From the NCBI GenBank assembly GCA_003614675.1, contig ML002406.1:1-33385 (forward strand): a DNA stretch of 33,385 nucleotides, given 5' to 3'. The notes beneath the pieces are model-generated. The model saw only the letters and a list, made by a program, of their open reading frames with translations. It searched no databases and had not been told where the DNA came from. This document shows, piece after piece, positions 12,340 to 22,662 of this stretch. Positions within the stretch are counted from its first letter, which is position 1. Every line of letters starts with the position of its first letter. Position numbers and translations under genes: made by a program. The stretch is from Dimargaris cristalligena. Its lineage: Eukaryota.

Positions 12340-12923
12340 TGTTAGCCCTTCTAATCCAGCTTAAACCAGATGTAGTGATCATCTATCCCAACTAGGCCTT
12401 ATAGCACCCTATTAACCTCCCCATAGTCACCCCTGGTACTATGGGATCATCCTATATTATATAACCCTTCCCTTCCTGGACTCTGTGTTTTACATTACTT
12501 ACTCCTGGGCTGATCTAATAACTCTTACAGTTCCCATCTGAGTCTTCTGAGCCCTCACACCTGTCTGGTTAGCTATTTATCCTATCAGTAGTCTTAGTAG
12601 TATCCTCCTTTGGGGACCTCCCTCTGGAGTTGTCCCCTGCATATATATAACTAGGCCCCATTGGGACCAGTTTGATTCCTTAGCTTATTCTTACCCCCTA
12701 GTTTATCCCAATAAACTCTATATACACTCACTCCCCTTGTACTGACTAGTAAGTGTACTCCCTGTACATCCTTTGCCTGATCCTATATTTATAGCTTTTA
12801 TTAGTTAGTACCATACCCTCACCCTAATGCTAGGACCCACTTGGCCAAGCCCAAGCCCCATCTACTATTAAAAGCCTATCCTTGGGACTCTTGATGGACT
12901 AAGAGTGGTTAACCTGGGTAACA
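12340..12923 (+). mobile_element. Solo-LTR-like repeat, copy 1 (584 bp)
   Basis: Termini TGTTA...TAACA (5-bp inverted), TATA-like ATATATATAA at 12641-12650, AATAAA at 12710-12715. Colinear along its whole length with the reverse complement of 30579-31161. No target-site duplication, PBS or PPT found. Confidence 0.7.
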
Positions 12924-13698
12924 TTAGAGGTTGTTGGATATTAAAAGTAGAAAATTGATTTTATATAAATATCAAATTATATAAACTCTTAATTTTAAGA
13001 CTCAAAGATAATCTAAAATATTAACAGTTAGCTTACATATTATAGTGGTTTATAGTTCTATTACTAAATCAGAGTTAATATAGATAGACTTCAAAGGAAT
13101 ATAGCACCAAATATCAAATCAGCTGGCACTTAGTCAACAGGGGGTGTTGATGGGGTAATGCCAATAGGTAGGTATAAAGGGCCCAAGCACCAGCTAGGAG
13201 TGGGCATATAAGGAGTACAATGGGATATAGCTGATAAGTACAAGCTGAGGAATAGATATGGTATGGTCTGGGAGGATATTTATGTGCAGGGACAATACCA
13301 GAAGGCCACTCTAAGAATCATAAACAGTGATATTGGCTAGAGGATATTGGTGTCTGGAAGAGCCTTCAGACTAACATTAAGGTGTAGGACTAGGGCCCAT
13401 GAGGTGTTTTATTGGGCCAATTCATGGATCACTGTGGTTCTAAGTGTTGTTGTGGGAAAGGTGAGATAACAAAACAACAAAACACCCCAATACAGGGCTA
13501 CAACCAGAATATGACCTGGCCCTACTGAGTAAGATTATCTGGTATGGCAATTGTATTTTCACTATAGTACCTTGAAAAAACTTTTAGTTATTTAATGTGG
13601 ATAGCACTCCCAATATGGGATTTATCTGGTCATGACCATAGTGGATACACCCAATGTTCTACAATAACTGGAAACCTCTAGTTTAATCCCATTGTGGG
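12924..13698. other. CpG-free degenerate sequence next to the LTR, possibly containing a decayed minus-strand coding relic (~13135-13470)
   Basis: No CG between 12221 and 13698. One minus-strand frame reads protein-like (HQYPLANITVYDS*SGLLVLSLHINILPDHTISIPQLVLISY) with scattered stops; family not recognised. Confidence 0.25.
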
Positions 13699-15332
13699 CG
13701 TATGGTGAAATACACAATTCATTCCTACAGCAATAGTCGCTGGTGGTTTTTTAATGGAAGTTTACTGTAAGGTAAATTTAATAAGGATATTTTGTAAATA
13801 ATATATTTACTGGACTCAGAGCTTTCAGGTGAAAACATATGATTTGCCCCATCGACGTATACAATGGTGATGAATACCTCCTACATACCTTGTTGTGTTC
13901 AGTTTTATGGTGACTATTAATCAAAAGTGGAGATAGTGACAGAAGTCACGTGAATACTGCACATGAGAAAGGCGGTGCACTGGTAGTACAGTGGTCAGTA
14001 TAGTTAAAATGATGGAGGGAGTGGGTCTCGATTAAGTGGGAGATCAATGGGTCTTCAAATCCAGAATAGAGGTGTGCTATATCAAATACTGATTGCACGT
14101 TGACATGTATCACAGCACATAATTTATACTGGACCTATTCAAATAAAAAATGACCCTAATGGCCATGGATGTTTAACTATTATTATCCACACTACTCCCC
14201 TCTTCCATTTCCAGATTGCGAATCCTTTTACGACTGGCGGGGATAGATAGAAAGTACGACAATACCAGACAACATCACAGCGTTGGCGTATCACTTGCTA
14301 AATGGTTTACTCATTTTCCTTACAAAGATGGGCACATTGATAAATTGTTCGTATCATCCAACGGCTTTAAGCAGCCACCCAATTGCTTGGCAGGATCAAC
14401 TCCTTGGGATCGTTTATTTTATTAAATACTCATATTTTGCACCACTACCCTTCAATTAAACCAGCTATTTTTCCCTGGGTATTTTTACTTTGGGTATAGT
14501 TTTGGATCAGCATATTCTGGGTGGTCAACTGAATCTGTACCCAGACGGGTATATGGAGTCACCAAAGCGGGTGGGTGGTATATCGGGCCGAAACATCCCT
14601 CGCTATACCTCTACTAAAGTTGTTTTGCACTGTATTGGCCCATGTTACTGCAATCACACCCGCTGTTTACTCTTGAGGCAACACACCACCAGCCATCATC
14701 CCAATGCGGATCACTTTACTAAAGCCGCTGGAAGGGGATGTATTCCCAAACGATGACGGCCTCCCAGTCCCATTTCTAATAATCAAGCATGGCTCCCCCT
14801 TGCTGAATCTCACCCACCAGCCCCTTTACCAACGTTTTCCCCTATATCCTTTTCACCGTTTTAAGGCCAAATCTGCTTAGGGTTTCCCATTTCCCTAGAC
14901 GAACGGGCGGAGTTCGAAAAAAAATGCCCCGCAGTGGAGCCCCTTTAACCTGGATGGGCAAATCAATGAGCAGAGCCAGCCCGCGATTCTTATGAACGGC
15001 CGTTTGTTGTGGTTTTTTTGGAGGCAAAGCCATGGGACTGTTAGGCCCATACCACGACCCTGGCTTGGCTGAGTGGCTGTGCTTTGGGAGCCGTTGGTGG
15101 ACCACCACCACCACCCTGTTTTCACAACAAACCGACTATCTATCCCTGGAACCCTTCCACTTGTATTTTCCTCTGCTTCCACTGTCGCCTCCGATTCGCA
15201 CCTTCCATCGCTAACCAGTCGCCGTTCCCTAACGTATAGTTAGTTAGTCGCCCCGTTCTGTTTCACTCGCCACTTGTCGACCTCCTCTTTTTGTACACAT
15301 ATTCCTACTCCTCTTGTGCCCCAATCCATGTC

Positions 15333-16613
15333 ATGTGGAGATCCGGATTCCCCCTATCAACCTCCCAGGTTATCGCCGATTCCCCTCACAATCCCTTTTA
15401 CATTGCCACCAAGTCTCTGCCAACACCCATAGACGACCCCAGTCCCGTCCATGTTGCGCCTACCCAGGTAGTTGCTAGCCCCCCCGAGTCGCGGGCCCCG
15501 GTCCACGTCTCCCAACCACCCCGCGAACCCCCGATTCAAGACCGGAGTGACAGTGTCAGTGGCTACTCCACCGTTTCGGAATCTATTGTGGTGGTAGGCC
15601 CCCGTGCCGCCACCACCTCGGCCGAGCCTGTCGGCGACTGCTTCCAGGGCTCCCAGGACTCCATCACTGTTGTTTCAGCCCAACTGACCACCACAACACT
15701 TGGGGAGGACCCTCAGACTGTGGCAACTGATACTAATGCCACCCTACTGAAGTTAGGCGCCTGGTCATCCCCGACCCTATCAAAACCGCCGCGTACCTGG
15801 CCGCTTCTGGCCTATTGTCCGCATAATCCCTTTGATGTTAATTCCGACCGTGGTCGGGGCAGTCGTCCCGCCGACAATTCCCCGCCGTCGGCCCCTCTTG
15901 AACCTCATCCATCGGCTGACCCATCCCAGACCCACGCACTGCCTCTGGGGGTGTCGGATTCCAAGCTACCGGGGCCGCTGTCCCCCCATGAACTTTACGA
16001 CGATGATATCCCGCCGGTGTGTGGGTCGTTTCCGCCCCCACACGACGAGTTTGGGGCCCCTTCCGAATCATTCGATTTACCACCGCCCCACCCCGAAGAC
16101 AGTGACCACCCAATGCCTTATTTTGTCAACTTCCAGCCCGAGAGTGATGTCGATCAATGCCAGTTCCCCATGGACACTGGTCCCGAATTTGATTATAGCT
16201 TATACCACGATGTCGACTACCAACCGGACCCGATACTATCTGCACCAGTTCCCTCTATCCCCAGGGCCCCGGATGGCTCGGTAGGCCCGCGCCCCTCTTC
16301 ACCACCCCTCCTACCGGCCGCTTCGATCACCACCAACCCCCCTTCTTTAGGTGGCACCACGCTCGATGGGTGTAGCCAGACCGAAGATCTTTTGCCTACT
16401 AACCCCCCCTCCCCCCAGCAGGAACTGGCCCCACCGCAACCCCTGTCAATGCGCCCATCGCCACCGGTGGTATCCAGCAAACCGGCTGCTCGGACCACCC
16501 ACCATTTAATTCCCAAGATATTCCCTGATATTATCGAAGATGCGGGTCGGAACCCCTTCTGGGTATCTGCCCGATCGGTCACCGCCCATCATCTCGTCTC
16601 CGAAAACACCTAA
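15333..16613 (+). CDS. Pro/Ser/Asp-rich, probably disordered 426-aa protein with three NPF motifs
   Basis: Long GC-rich ORF, first in-frame ATG at 15333, CT-rich leader and trailer; motifs SPHNPF, CPHNPF, GRNPF and many PxxP. Confidence 0.6.
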   Translation: MWRSGFPLSTSQVIADSPHNPFYIATKSLPTPIDDPSPVHVAPTQVVASPPESRAPVHVSQPPREPPIQDRSDSVSGYSTVSESIVVVGPRAATTSAEPVGDCFQGSQDSITVVSAQLTTTTLGEDPQTVATDTNATLLKLGAWSSPTLSKPPRTWPLLAYCPHNPFDVNSDRGRGSRPADNSPPSAPLEPHPSADPSQTHALPLGVSDSKLPGPLSPHELYDDDIPPVCGSFPPPHDEFGAPSESFDLPPPHPEDSDHPMPYFVNFQPESDVDQCQFPMDTGPEFDYSLYHDVDYQPDPILSAPVPSIPRAPDGSVGPRPSSPPLLPAASITTNPPSLGGTTLDGCSQTEDLLPTNPPSPQQELAPPQPLSMRPSPPVVSSKPAARTTHHLIPKIFPDIIEDAGRNPFWVSARSVTAHHLVSENT

Positions 16614-17533
16614 TAATATTCCCCACCTTTAATTTTTTTTGCCCTTCTCCCCTCCCCCAATTCTCTCTCCCATCATCTTCAATCGCCGCGCCCTGTCCAC
16701 TAATATACATTTGCCATTCCTACCGTACTTAATGACATCTTAAATATAATGCATCCAACTAACTTCACTCGCACTAGCCATATTCCCCAATATAATCTTA
16801 AATCGAAATCATGTGCAGCTACCCAGAAGCGGCCGGTTCACTTATGAGGGAGGAGTTAGTCTAATTGACCTTAATCAAGGATATGGTTGAGGGTGGGGAA
16901 TTGGCGTATAGAACTGGGTTTTGTTTATTGAAGGGATATGGTGCCAGTGCTTGGGTAATAGTTAGATTGACTAAATGACTTGGAGTAGGAGATTCTGGAC
17001 CATGGTTTGCATTTGTTGCTGTACCAGAAAGAGAGCGATACATGACAGTTCAAATATACTAATTGTAAAGAATGCCATACCAGTTTCCACATGATATTTT
17101 ACCCCCCAATAACCATTTGGTCTTCAAACACCAATTCTTAATGCATCCCTATATATATATATATAATACGTGTTCACTAGCCATACACGTATGTCCCAAT
17201 CCCAAGCACTCATTAATCCCAAAAATGACCCACCTAAACTACTAGGCAAGCTCACGACGGGAATTCGTATCCACTTATGGATTTGACCCTTGCTTATTCT
17301 AGAAATCTCGCAAATGAGGTGGTAGAGCCCCACAGACTACCCACCGAAACAACCCACCCATGTTACAGTCATTCCCAATCGCTATTAACCGGGCTTTTTT
17401 ATAAAGAGGGGTAGGAAATCCGACCGGCATTAAAGTCTGATAAGCCATTGTTTTGTCCAGCATTACGAAATCGAAAAGAAAAACATTATTAATTCAAACA
17501 GTGCCTGACCGACAAGGACATTTCTCAGTGAGC

Positions 17534-19021
17534 CTACATCATCCGCCGGCGTTTAAAGTGAGGGACCTTCATAGTCAATTTGCTGGCCGTCCCTTCAAGG
17601 GGAACCTGGGGAAGGATATCCAAGCAAAACGCCTGTTTCAGCTGGGGCAAGGGCAGGTCCTTGGTACTGAAGACGTCCTGGTGTTGGTAGGAGTTGTAGG
17701 CCCGGATGAAATTCCGGTAGGCTTCGTGGGCCATCGTATACATCCAGTGGATTTTATGGACATAAGCCTTGGGGCTCTGCCATTCAACCACCAATGGTGT
17801 TGGGATCTTACATGACATGGCTTCGGTCGAGATACCGGCCTTCTTCAAATGCGTGAGATATTTAGGGGATTCATTCTCCAGCAGCAGCAGTAAATGCTGG
17901 GGAGACGGCGACGAACTACCACTAGTCGAGGCCAACAGACGCCGGCTCAAGTCAATATCATCCAGGGTTTCAAACTGAATCACCCACTGGGTAGTCGGTA
18001 GGTAGGACCATTGGGCGGCAAGGGCCGCGGTGGTAATGAGCAAGCCTGCGGTGGATGCGGATTCGAATTCCGCTAGAGAATCGGAGCGAGTACCCGCTGG
18101 TTTGGATTCCAGTACGGTAGTTACGGGTACGCCTTCATTCTGGAGCAACGCGGAATAGAATTGGGCCAGTTTATCGTTGGTGAATAGAACCAATAGCTTA
18201 TCGGACGCATGCAGCTGGTGAATCCGGCGTAGGAGGGGCAGCCGCTGGTCCACGGTACATACGGTGTAAGCAACGTGGGGGAGGTCGTCCGTAGGGACTA
18301 CGGTCTTCTTCTTCGCGGAGCTCACGTCGGCGGATATGAGACTAGGGATCACTTCGATGGACTGGGTGTCCTTGCGGGTCAGACGACGCTCCAGGACGGT
18401 CTTGGCCGGCGGATTCACCGCTTGGGTCGAAAACTGGAGGGTTTGGCGCCGTTTAGTGATGGGCAGATGCTTGAGTATATGCTGCAGCGATTCGGTAGCC
18501 TTGGTGTCGGTCAACAACGAGTCCGTTTCGTCCACGACTAGGCACTGGACGGCCTTAAGGTGCAAATCCGGAATGGCGCGCATGAGTTTAACGAACCGGG
18601 GCGCCGTGGCCACCAGAATATTCACCCCCGAGCGGAGGCGCTCCTCCTGGGAGGCCTGGGTACCGGTCTCCGTAGCGAGCCACACGCCGAGCTTGAGGTC
18701 CGCGGCCAGGTGCTTGAGCACGCGGTAAACGGCGACGGCCCGGTCGGGGGTATGGCAGATAATGAGAGCCCGCAGGCCCTGGCGGGGTCGGATCATGAGG
18801 GCCACGATGCGGGCCACCACGGGAATGAGGTAGGCCAGGGTTTTACCGGAGTTGGCCGGGGAAGTAACGGTCAGATCTTCACCCTGAAGGGCCAGTGGGA
18901 TAGCGGTGGCCTGGACATCAGTTAAGGAGTGGATGCCTAGCTCACTGAGAGCACCCTTCAAGGGATCCGAAATGTCGAGGTCGTCCACGGTTAGTAGTTC
19001 GGCTTCTTCCGGGACTCGCAT
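17534..19021 (-). CDS. HAS1/DDX18-like DEAD-box protein with degenerate helicase motifs (495 aa)
   Basis: First ATG at 19021. Q motif LTDVQATAIP, motif I SGKTLAYLIP; Has1-typical segments RPRQG, GVNILVAT, YTVCTVDQRLPLL, WVIQF..DD and the C-terminal extension AYRNFIRAYNSY...DLPLPQLKQAF. Confidence 0.85.
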   Translation of the reverse strand: MRVPEEAELLTVDDLDISDPLKGALSELGIHSLTDVQATAIPLALQGEDLTVTSPANSGKTLAYLIPVVARIVALMIRPRQGLRALIICHTPDRAVAVYRVLKHLAADLKLGVWLATETGTQASQEERLRSGVNILVATAPRFVKLMRAIPDLHLKAVQCLVVDETDSLLTDTKATESLQHILKHLPITKRRQTLQFSTQAVNPPAKTVLERRLTRKDTQSIEVIPSLISADVSSAKKKTVVPTDDLPHVAYTVCTVDQRLPLLRRIHQLHASDKLLVLFTNDKLAQFYSALLQNEGVPVTTVLESKPAGTRSDSLAEFESASTAGLLITTAALAAQWSYLPTTQWVIQFETLDDIDLSRRLLASTSGSSSPSPQHLLLLLENESPKYLTHLKKAGISTEAMSCKIPTPLVVEWQSPKAYVHKIHWMYTMAHEAYRNFIRAYNSYQHQDVFSTKDLPLPQLKQAFCLDILPQVPLEGTASKLTMKVPHFKRRRMM

Positions 19022-20007
19022 TGTGTGGTGTGGGTTCGTGTATGTGTCGTCGGTAAGGGGCTTCAAGGTACGTGCAACGACGTAGGTGGATGGGCCAAAA
19101 GGTTGGGAATAGCGAACTTGAATTAGTTTCGGGTAAAAAAGTTTAGGAACAGCCAATGGTCAATTCGTAGCCCTACTTCAGCCCTTTCCTAGGTGTGCGT
19201 GCTTTTTTTTTTTTTTTGATTTAACCTGAAATTATTATCACTCCTAAAATTCGGATGCAGTTGGCAGAGATGTAATTTTGTCCTGTACTATTTGAGCAAG
19301 GGATATGATCCTGAATCACGTGATTCTAGTAACACGAAATTTAAGGGGGGTAAGCCCAGTTAATCAACCACCCCGTCTTAACAAGAGAAAACCACCGTAT
19401 ATAGTAATGAAGGGTTAAGAAAGGGCTGGCTAAAGAGAGTAGCTTTGGCACTGAAGGGTGTATTAGTGTAGTGGGGGTTATATTCCAACATAAAGCTGCA
19501 CCAATCCCCATTTACAACTAAAAACCCTATCCCTTCGGCATGGATAACGATCTGTAATAACTATCGCATAAATCGGCCAGTATAAATAATTATAGACTAA
19601 GTAGGCAAATAGCACAATCCAATTGTAACTTCGCCAGGCCCATTCATCTTTCTTTCAGAGCCTTTAATAGATAGGCTGACGAGTCCATATATTTATACCT
19701 AGGTCCTTGCTATTTTTATCTGCCAGCGTTAAAATATCTACTTGTCATTTCAGACATTAAAGATTTAGAGGTAAAAAGCTGTAATGTATGTGTATTTGGG
19801 GGCAACGGGATTGGGAGGTACGGTATGTATTATATTAACGGTAAACGTATAAATTATCTATAGTAGGTAGTGGTTATACAAATAATATTTTGTGTTTATA
19901 CATTCTTGCTAACACACTCCACAGCCCTGTCGCAGCCAATGGTTACGATCCCTTAAGAGCTATTGCAATACATTTATATTATACTATCCAAATTTCGGAT
20001 ATCATAT

Positions 20008-20080
20008 GGGGGGTTGGCGCAATTGGCAGCGCGTGCGTCTCCAAAGCGCGAGGTTGGGTGTTCGAGTCACTCATTCCCCA
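20008..20080 (+). tRNA. tRNA-Trp(CCA), intronless
   Basis: Cloverleaf: acceptor GGGGGGT/ATTCCCC, D stem GCGC/GCGC, anticodon loop CT-CCA-AA, T arm GGGTG-TTCGAGT-CACTC, discriminator A. Confidence 0.9.
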
Positions 20081-20083
20081 TCC

Positions 20084-20088
20084 TTTTT
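20084..20088 (+). terminator. RNA polymerase III terminator
   Basis: T5 run three bases after the tRNA 3' end. Confidence 0.75.
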
Positions 20089-20756
20089 GATCATTCAGAG
20101 CGAATTTTTTGTTTGGAGAGTTTTAGGGAGGCTGATAATATATTTTAACCAAGTAGAACTAGTTTCACCTATCGTTGTTGTATAACAAAAAAAAACTATA
20201 TAGTATTTCCTTCAAAATCCCCCTACAGCATTATTGAGTTTCACCCTTTTAATTTACCGTTTAAAGCGAAACTTGATGGTTTCAGCCTGGCATATTTAGT
20301 GCAATCTTTTTCAATGAGATGATGATTCAAAAAAAACTAGGTACATATAGAAAGCAGTGAATAAATATAACGACACAACTATTTGCTCCTATTTAATATA
20401 GTTAATACTTAGTTATTATTATATCATTTAAACTAACTAATATGAAAAGCGAGTTTGTTCTGCTAACCTAGTGTTCATGTAAATTAAGAAGAGTTGTGTG
20501 CTTTTTTATTGGAAGTAAGGAATAGTACAAAATAAGGCTCGACCTGTAAATTGCAGCAGTAGGGATCGAACGAAGCAATGGGCTGAGAAAAGAGTGAGAT
20601 AGTGATAAATAAACTTTTAAGCTCTAACTCCAAGGGGGGAAGGCAATGTGATACTTGGCGTGGGCCTTTTGCTTGCTGTTTTCGTTAGAATAAGTGAAAG
20701 ACGAGCATTGCAGGGGGAAGAGAGACTCAGCAAATCAGCCTGTTAAGCAGATGGGT

Positions 20757-21986
20757 TTACTGGTTCTCGGGGCGGAGGGAACGGACAGTCTTGCCAGTGC
20801 GCCACATCTCGTGCTGGTTGATGGCCTCGAGTTCCTTCTCGAGTTCCTCACGGTAGTTGGAGGCCGAGTTTTTTTCGATGGAGCGACGGGCTTCGTTACC
20901 GTTGGCAACCTCTTCGTACAGCTTCTCGAACACGGGCTTGGTGGCATCATGGAAAGGCTTCTCCCAGTCCAGGGCACCGCGCTGGGCAGTGGTGGAGCAG
21001 TTGGAGTACATCCAGTCCATGCCCTTCTCGCCGATCAGGGGGTAGAGGGACTGGGTGGCTTCCTCGACGGTTTCGTTGAAGGCCTCGGAAGGAGTGTGGC
21101 CGCGGGCGCGGAGGACATCGTACTGGGCACGGAACAGACCCTGGATGGCACCCATGAGGATACCACGCTCACCGACCAGATCGGAAGAGACTTCGCGCTC
21201 GAAGGTGGTTTCGTACAGGTAACCACTGCCGATGGCGATACCAAGGGCGGCGGCGCGTTCCTGGGCCTGACCGGAAGCGTCCTGGAAGATGGCGATGGAA
21301 GAGTTGATACCCTTACCGTCCTGGAAGAGACGGCGGACGGTGAAGCCGGAACCCTTGGGGGCGGCCAGGATGACATCGATGTCCTTGGGGGGCACGATGT
21401 TGGTCTGATCGCGGTAGACGACACCAAAACCGTGGCTGAAGTACAGGGTCTTGCCGGCGGTCAGGTGCTTCTTGATGGTGGGCCAGGTGTGGACCTGAGC
21501 GGCATCGGAAAGCAGGTTCATGATGACGGTACCCTGCTGGCAGGCCTCCTCGATGGGGAACAGGTCCTTGCCGGGGGTCCAGCCATCTTCGAGGGCCTTC
21601 TTCCAGCTGCGGCCGTCCTTGCGGGTACCGATGATGACCTTGAGGCCATTGTCGCGCATGTTCAGGCTCTGGCCACGGCCCTGGGGACCGTAACCGAGGA
21701 CGGCCATAGTGTCTTTACCGAAAATTTGCTGAAGCTTCTCCTTGGGGTAGTCGGCACGCTCGTAGACGGTCTCCTTGGTGCCACCGAAATCGAGGGTCTT
21801 GAGGGTACGGGCGGGGACAGAGGTAAACCGGGTGGCGGCGGCGGCCCAGGAGTTGGCAGTGGGGGTGGCGCTCAGACGGGTAGCGCGGGCCAGAACGGAG
21901 TAGCAGCGGGCGGCGCCGAGGCGGGAAGTAGGGGCAGCGGTGGCCACGCGGCCAGCGAAGGTCTGGATGGTACGGGTAGCGCTCAT
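20757..21986 (-). CDS. ILV5: Mitochondrial ketol-acid reductoisomerase (acetohydroxyacid isomeroreductase)
   Basis: 409 aa; Arg/Ala/Thr-rich presequence without acidic residues; VYERADYP, LGYGPQGRGQSLNMRDNG (dinucleotide binding), FSHGF, SDLVGERGILMG, CSTTAQRGALDW, C-terminal VRSLRPEN; strong codon bias; intronless. Confidence 0.98.
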   Translation of the reverse strand: MSATRTIQTFAGRVATAAPTSRLGAARCYSVLARATRLSATPTANSWAAAATRFTSVPARTLKTLDFGGTKETVYERADYPKEKLQQIFGKDTMAVLGYGPQGRGQSLNMRDNGLKVIIGTRKDGRSWKKALEDGWTPGKDLFPIEEACQQGTVIMNLLSDAAQVHTWPTIKKHLTAGKTLYFSHGFGVVYRDQTNIVPPKDIDVILAAPKGSGFTVRRLFQDGKGINSSIAIFQDASGQAQERAAALGIAIGSGYLYETTFEREVSSDLVGERGILMGAIQGLFRAQYDVLRARGHTPSEAFNETVEEATQSLYPLIGEKGMDWMYSNCSTTAQRGALDWEKPFHDATKPVFEKLYEEVANGNEARRSIEKNSASNYREELEKELEAINQHEMWRTGKTVRSLRPENQ

Positions 21987-22205
21987 ATTGATTGAGTGTG
22001 TGTTGTTGAGTAGGGGAGAGAAAGAGTGACGACTTTTAGAAGAACACGTTCAAGGGAAATTAAATACAGATGCAGTAATATATAGACTACTATAGTAGAA
22101 AGGCCGGCTGGACAGAATAGCGCGAGCTTGGGGAAACTAATGTGATAAACACGAGGAGAAGAGAAGATGAGGTGAGAAACGGTAGAAAAAGGGCGACCCG
22201 GGCGG

Positions 22206-22212
22206 TTATATA
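22206..22212 (-). promoter_or_regulatory. Putative TATA box of ILV5
   Basis: TATATAA on the minus strand ~220 bp upstream of the ATG, followed by a CT-rich leader. Confidence 0.5.
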
Positions 22213-22575
22213 GGCCGGGGGAATAAGGAGGGAGGGGGGTACAGCCAGTAGTAGAGATGATGGGGGGGGGGGTTGTATGCGCATACATCCCGAGGAGGAC
22301 CACTATACCTGGTGCAGCATAATTGGCTTAAACGGTATGGCCATGATGGCGAATTGAGGATATTACTCATTAGATAGCCCGGCCGGACGAGGTTGGCTTG
22401 GGAGGGGAAAGGCCCGCGTGCTCAGGATGCCGCTCGACGAGAAGAAGGGGAGAGAATTTACGCCAGGGGGCGAAGGAGGGAGGAACCGACGCAGATGGGG
22501 TGGGTGGTGCACCACCACTTAGAGGAAGTAGTAGTATAGAGAGAGGGTATCGCACCTCTCTCTAGGGTGGTAGTG

Positions 22576-22662
22576 GTGAGTCATTGCTCCCCCATCCGCA
22601 TTAACGGCCAATCACCCCCAAGGTGAGTCAGAATCAATCATATAAACCCTATCAATGACTAA
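22576..22662. promoter_or_regulatory. Gcn4/CpcA (AP-1) site cluster upstream of ILV5
   Basis: TGAGTCA at 22577-22583 and 22624-22630, variant TGACTAA at 22656-22662, CCAAT at 22608-22612. Confidence 0.7.

Noticed and set aside
19022-19156. TTG-initiated N-terminal extension of the helicase given in the ORF track
   Set aside because: Eukaryotic gene; the first ATG at 19021 sits just before the conserved Q-motif region.
20694-21995. 433-aa plus-strand ORF antisense to ILV5
   Set aside because: Codon-aligned shadow of a highly biased gene; GTG start and no recognisable motifs.
21983-22288. Leu/Val/Ile-rich upstream ORF whose TGA overlaps the ILV5 ATG (ATGA)
   Set aside because: Its ATG lies upstream of the likely TATA box (22206-22212), so it is probably not in the mRNA. 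CT-rich leaders naturally encode Leu, and ATGA follows automatically from ATG-AGC.
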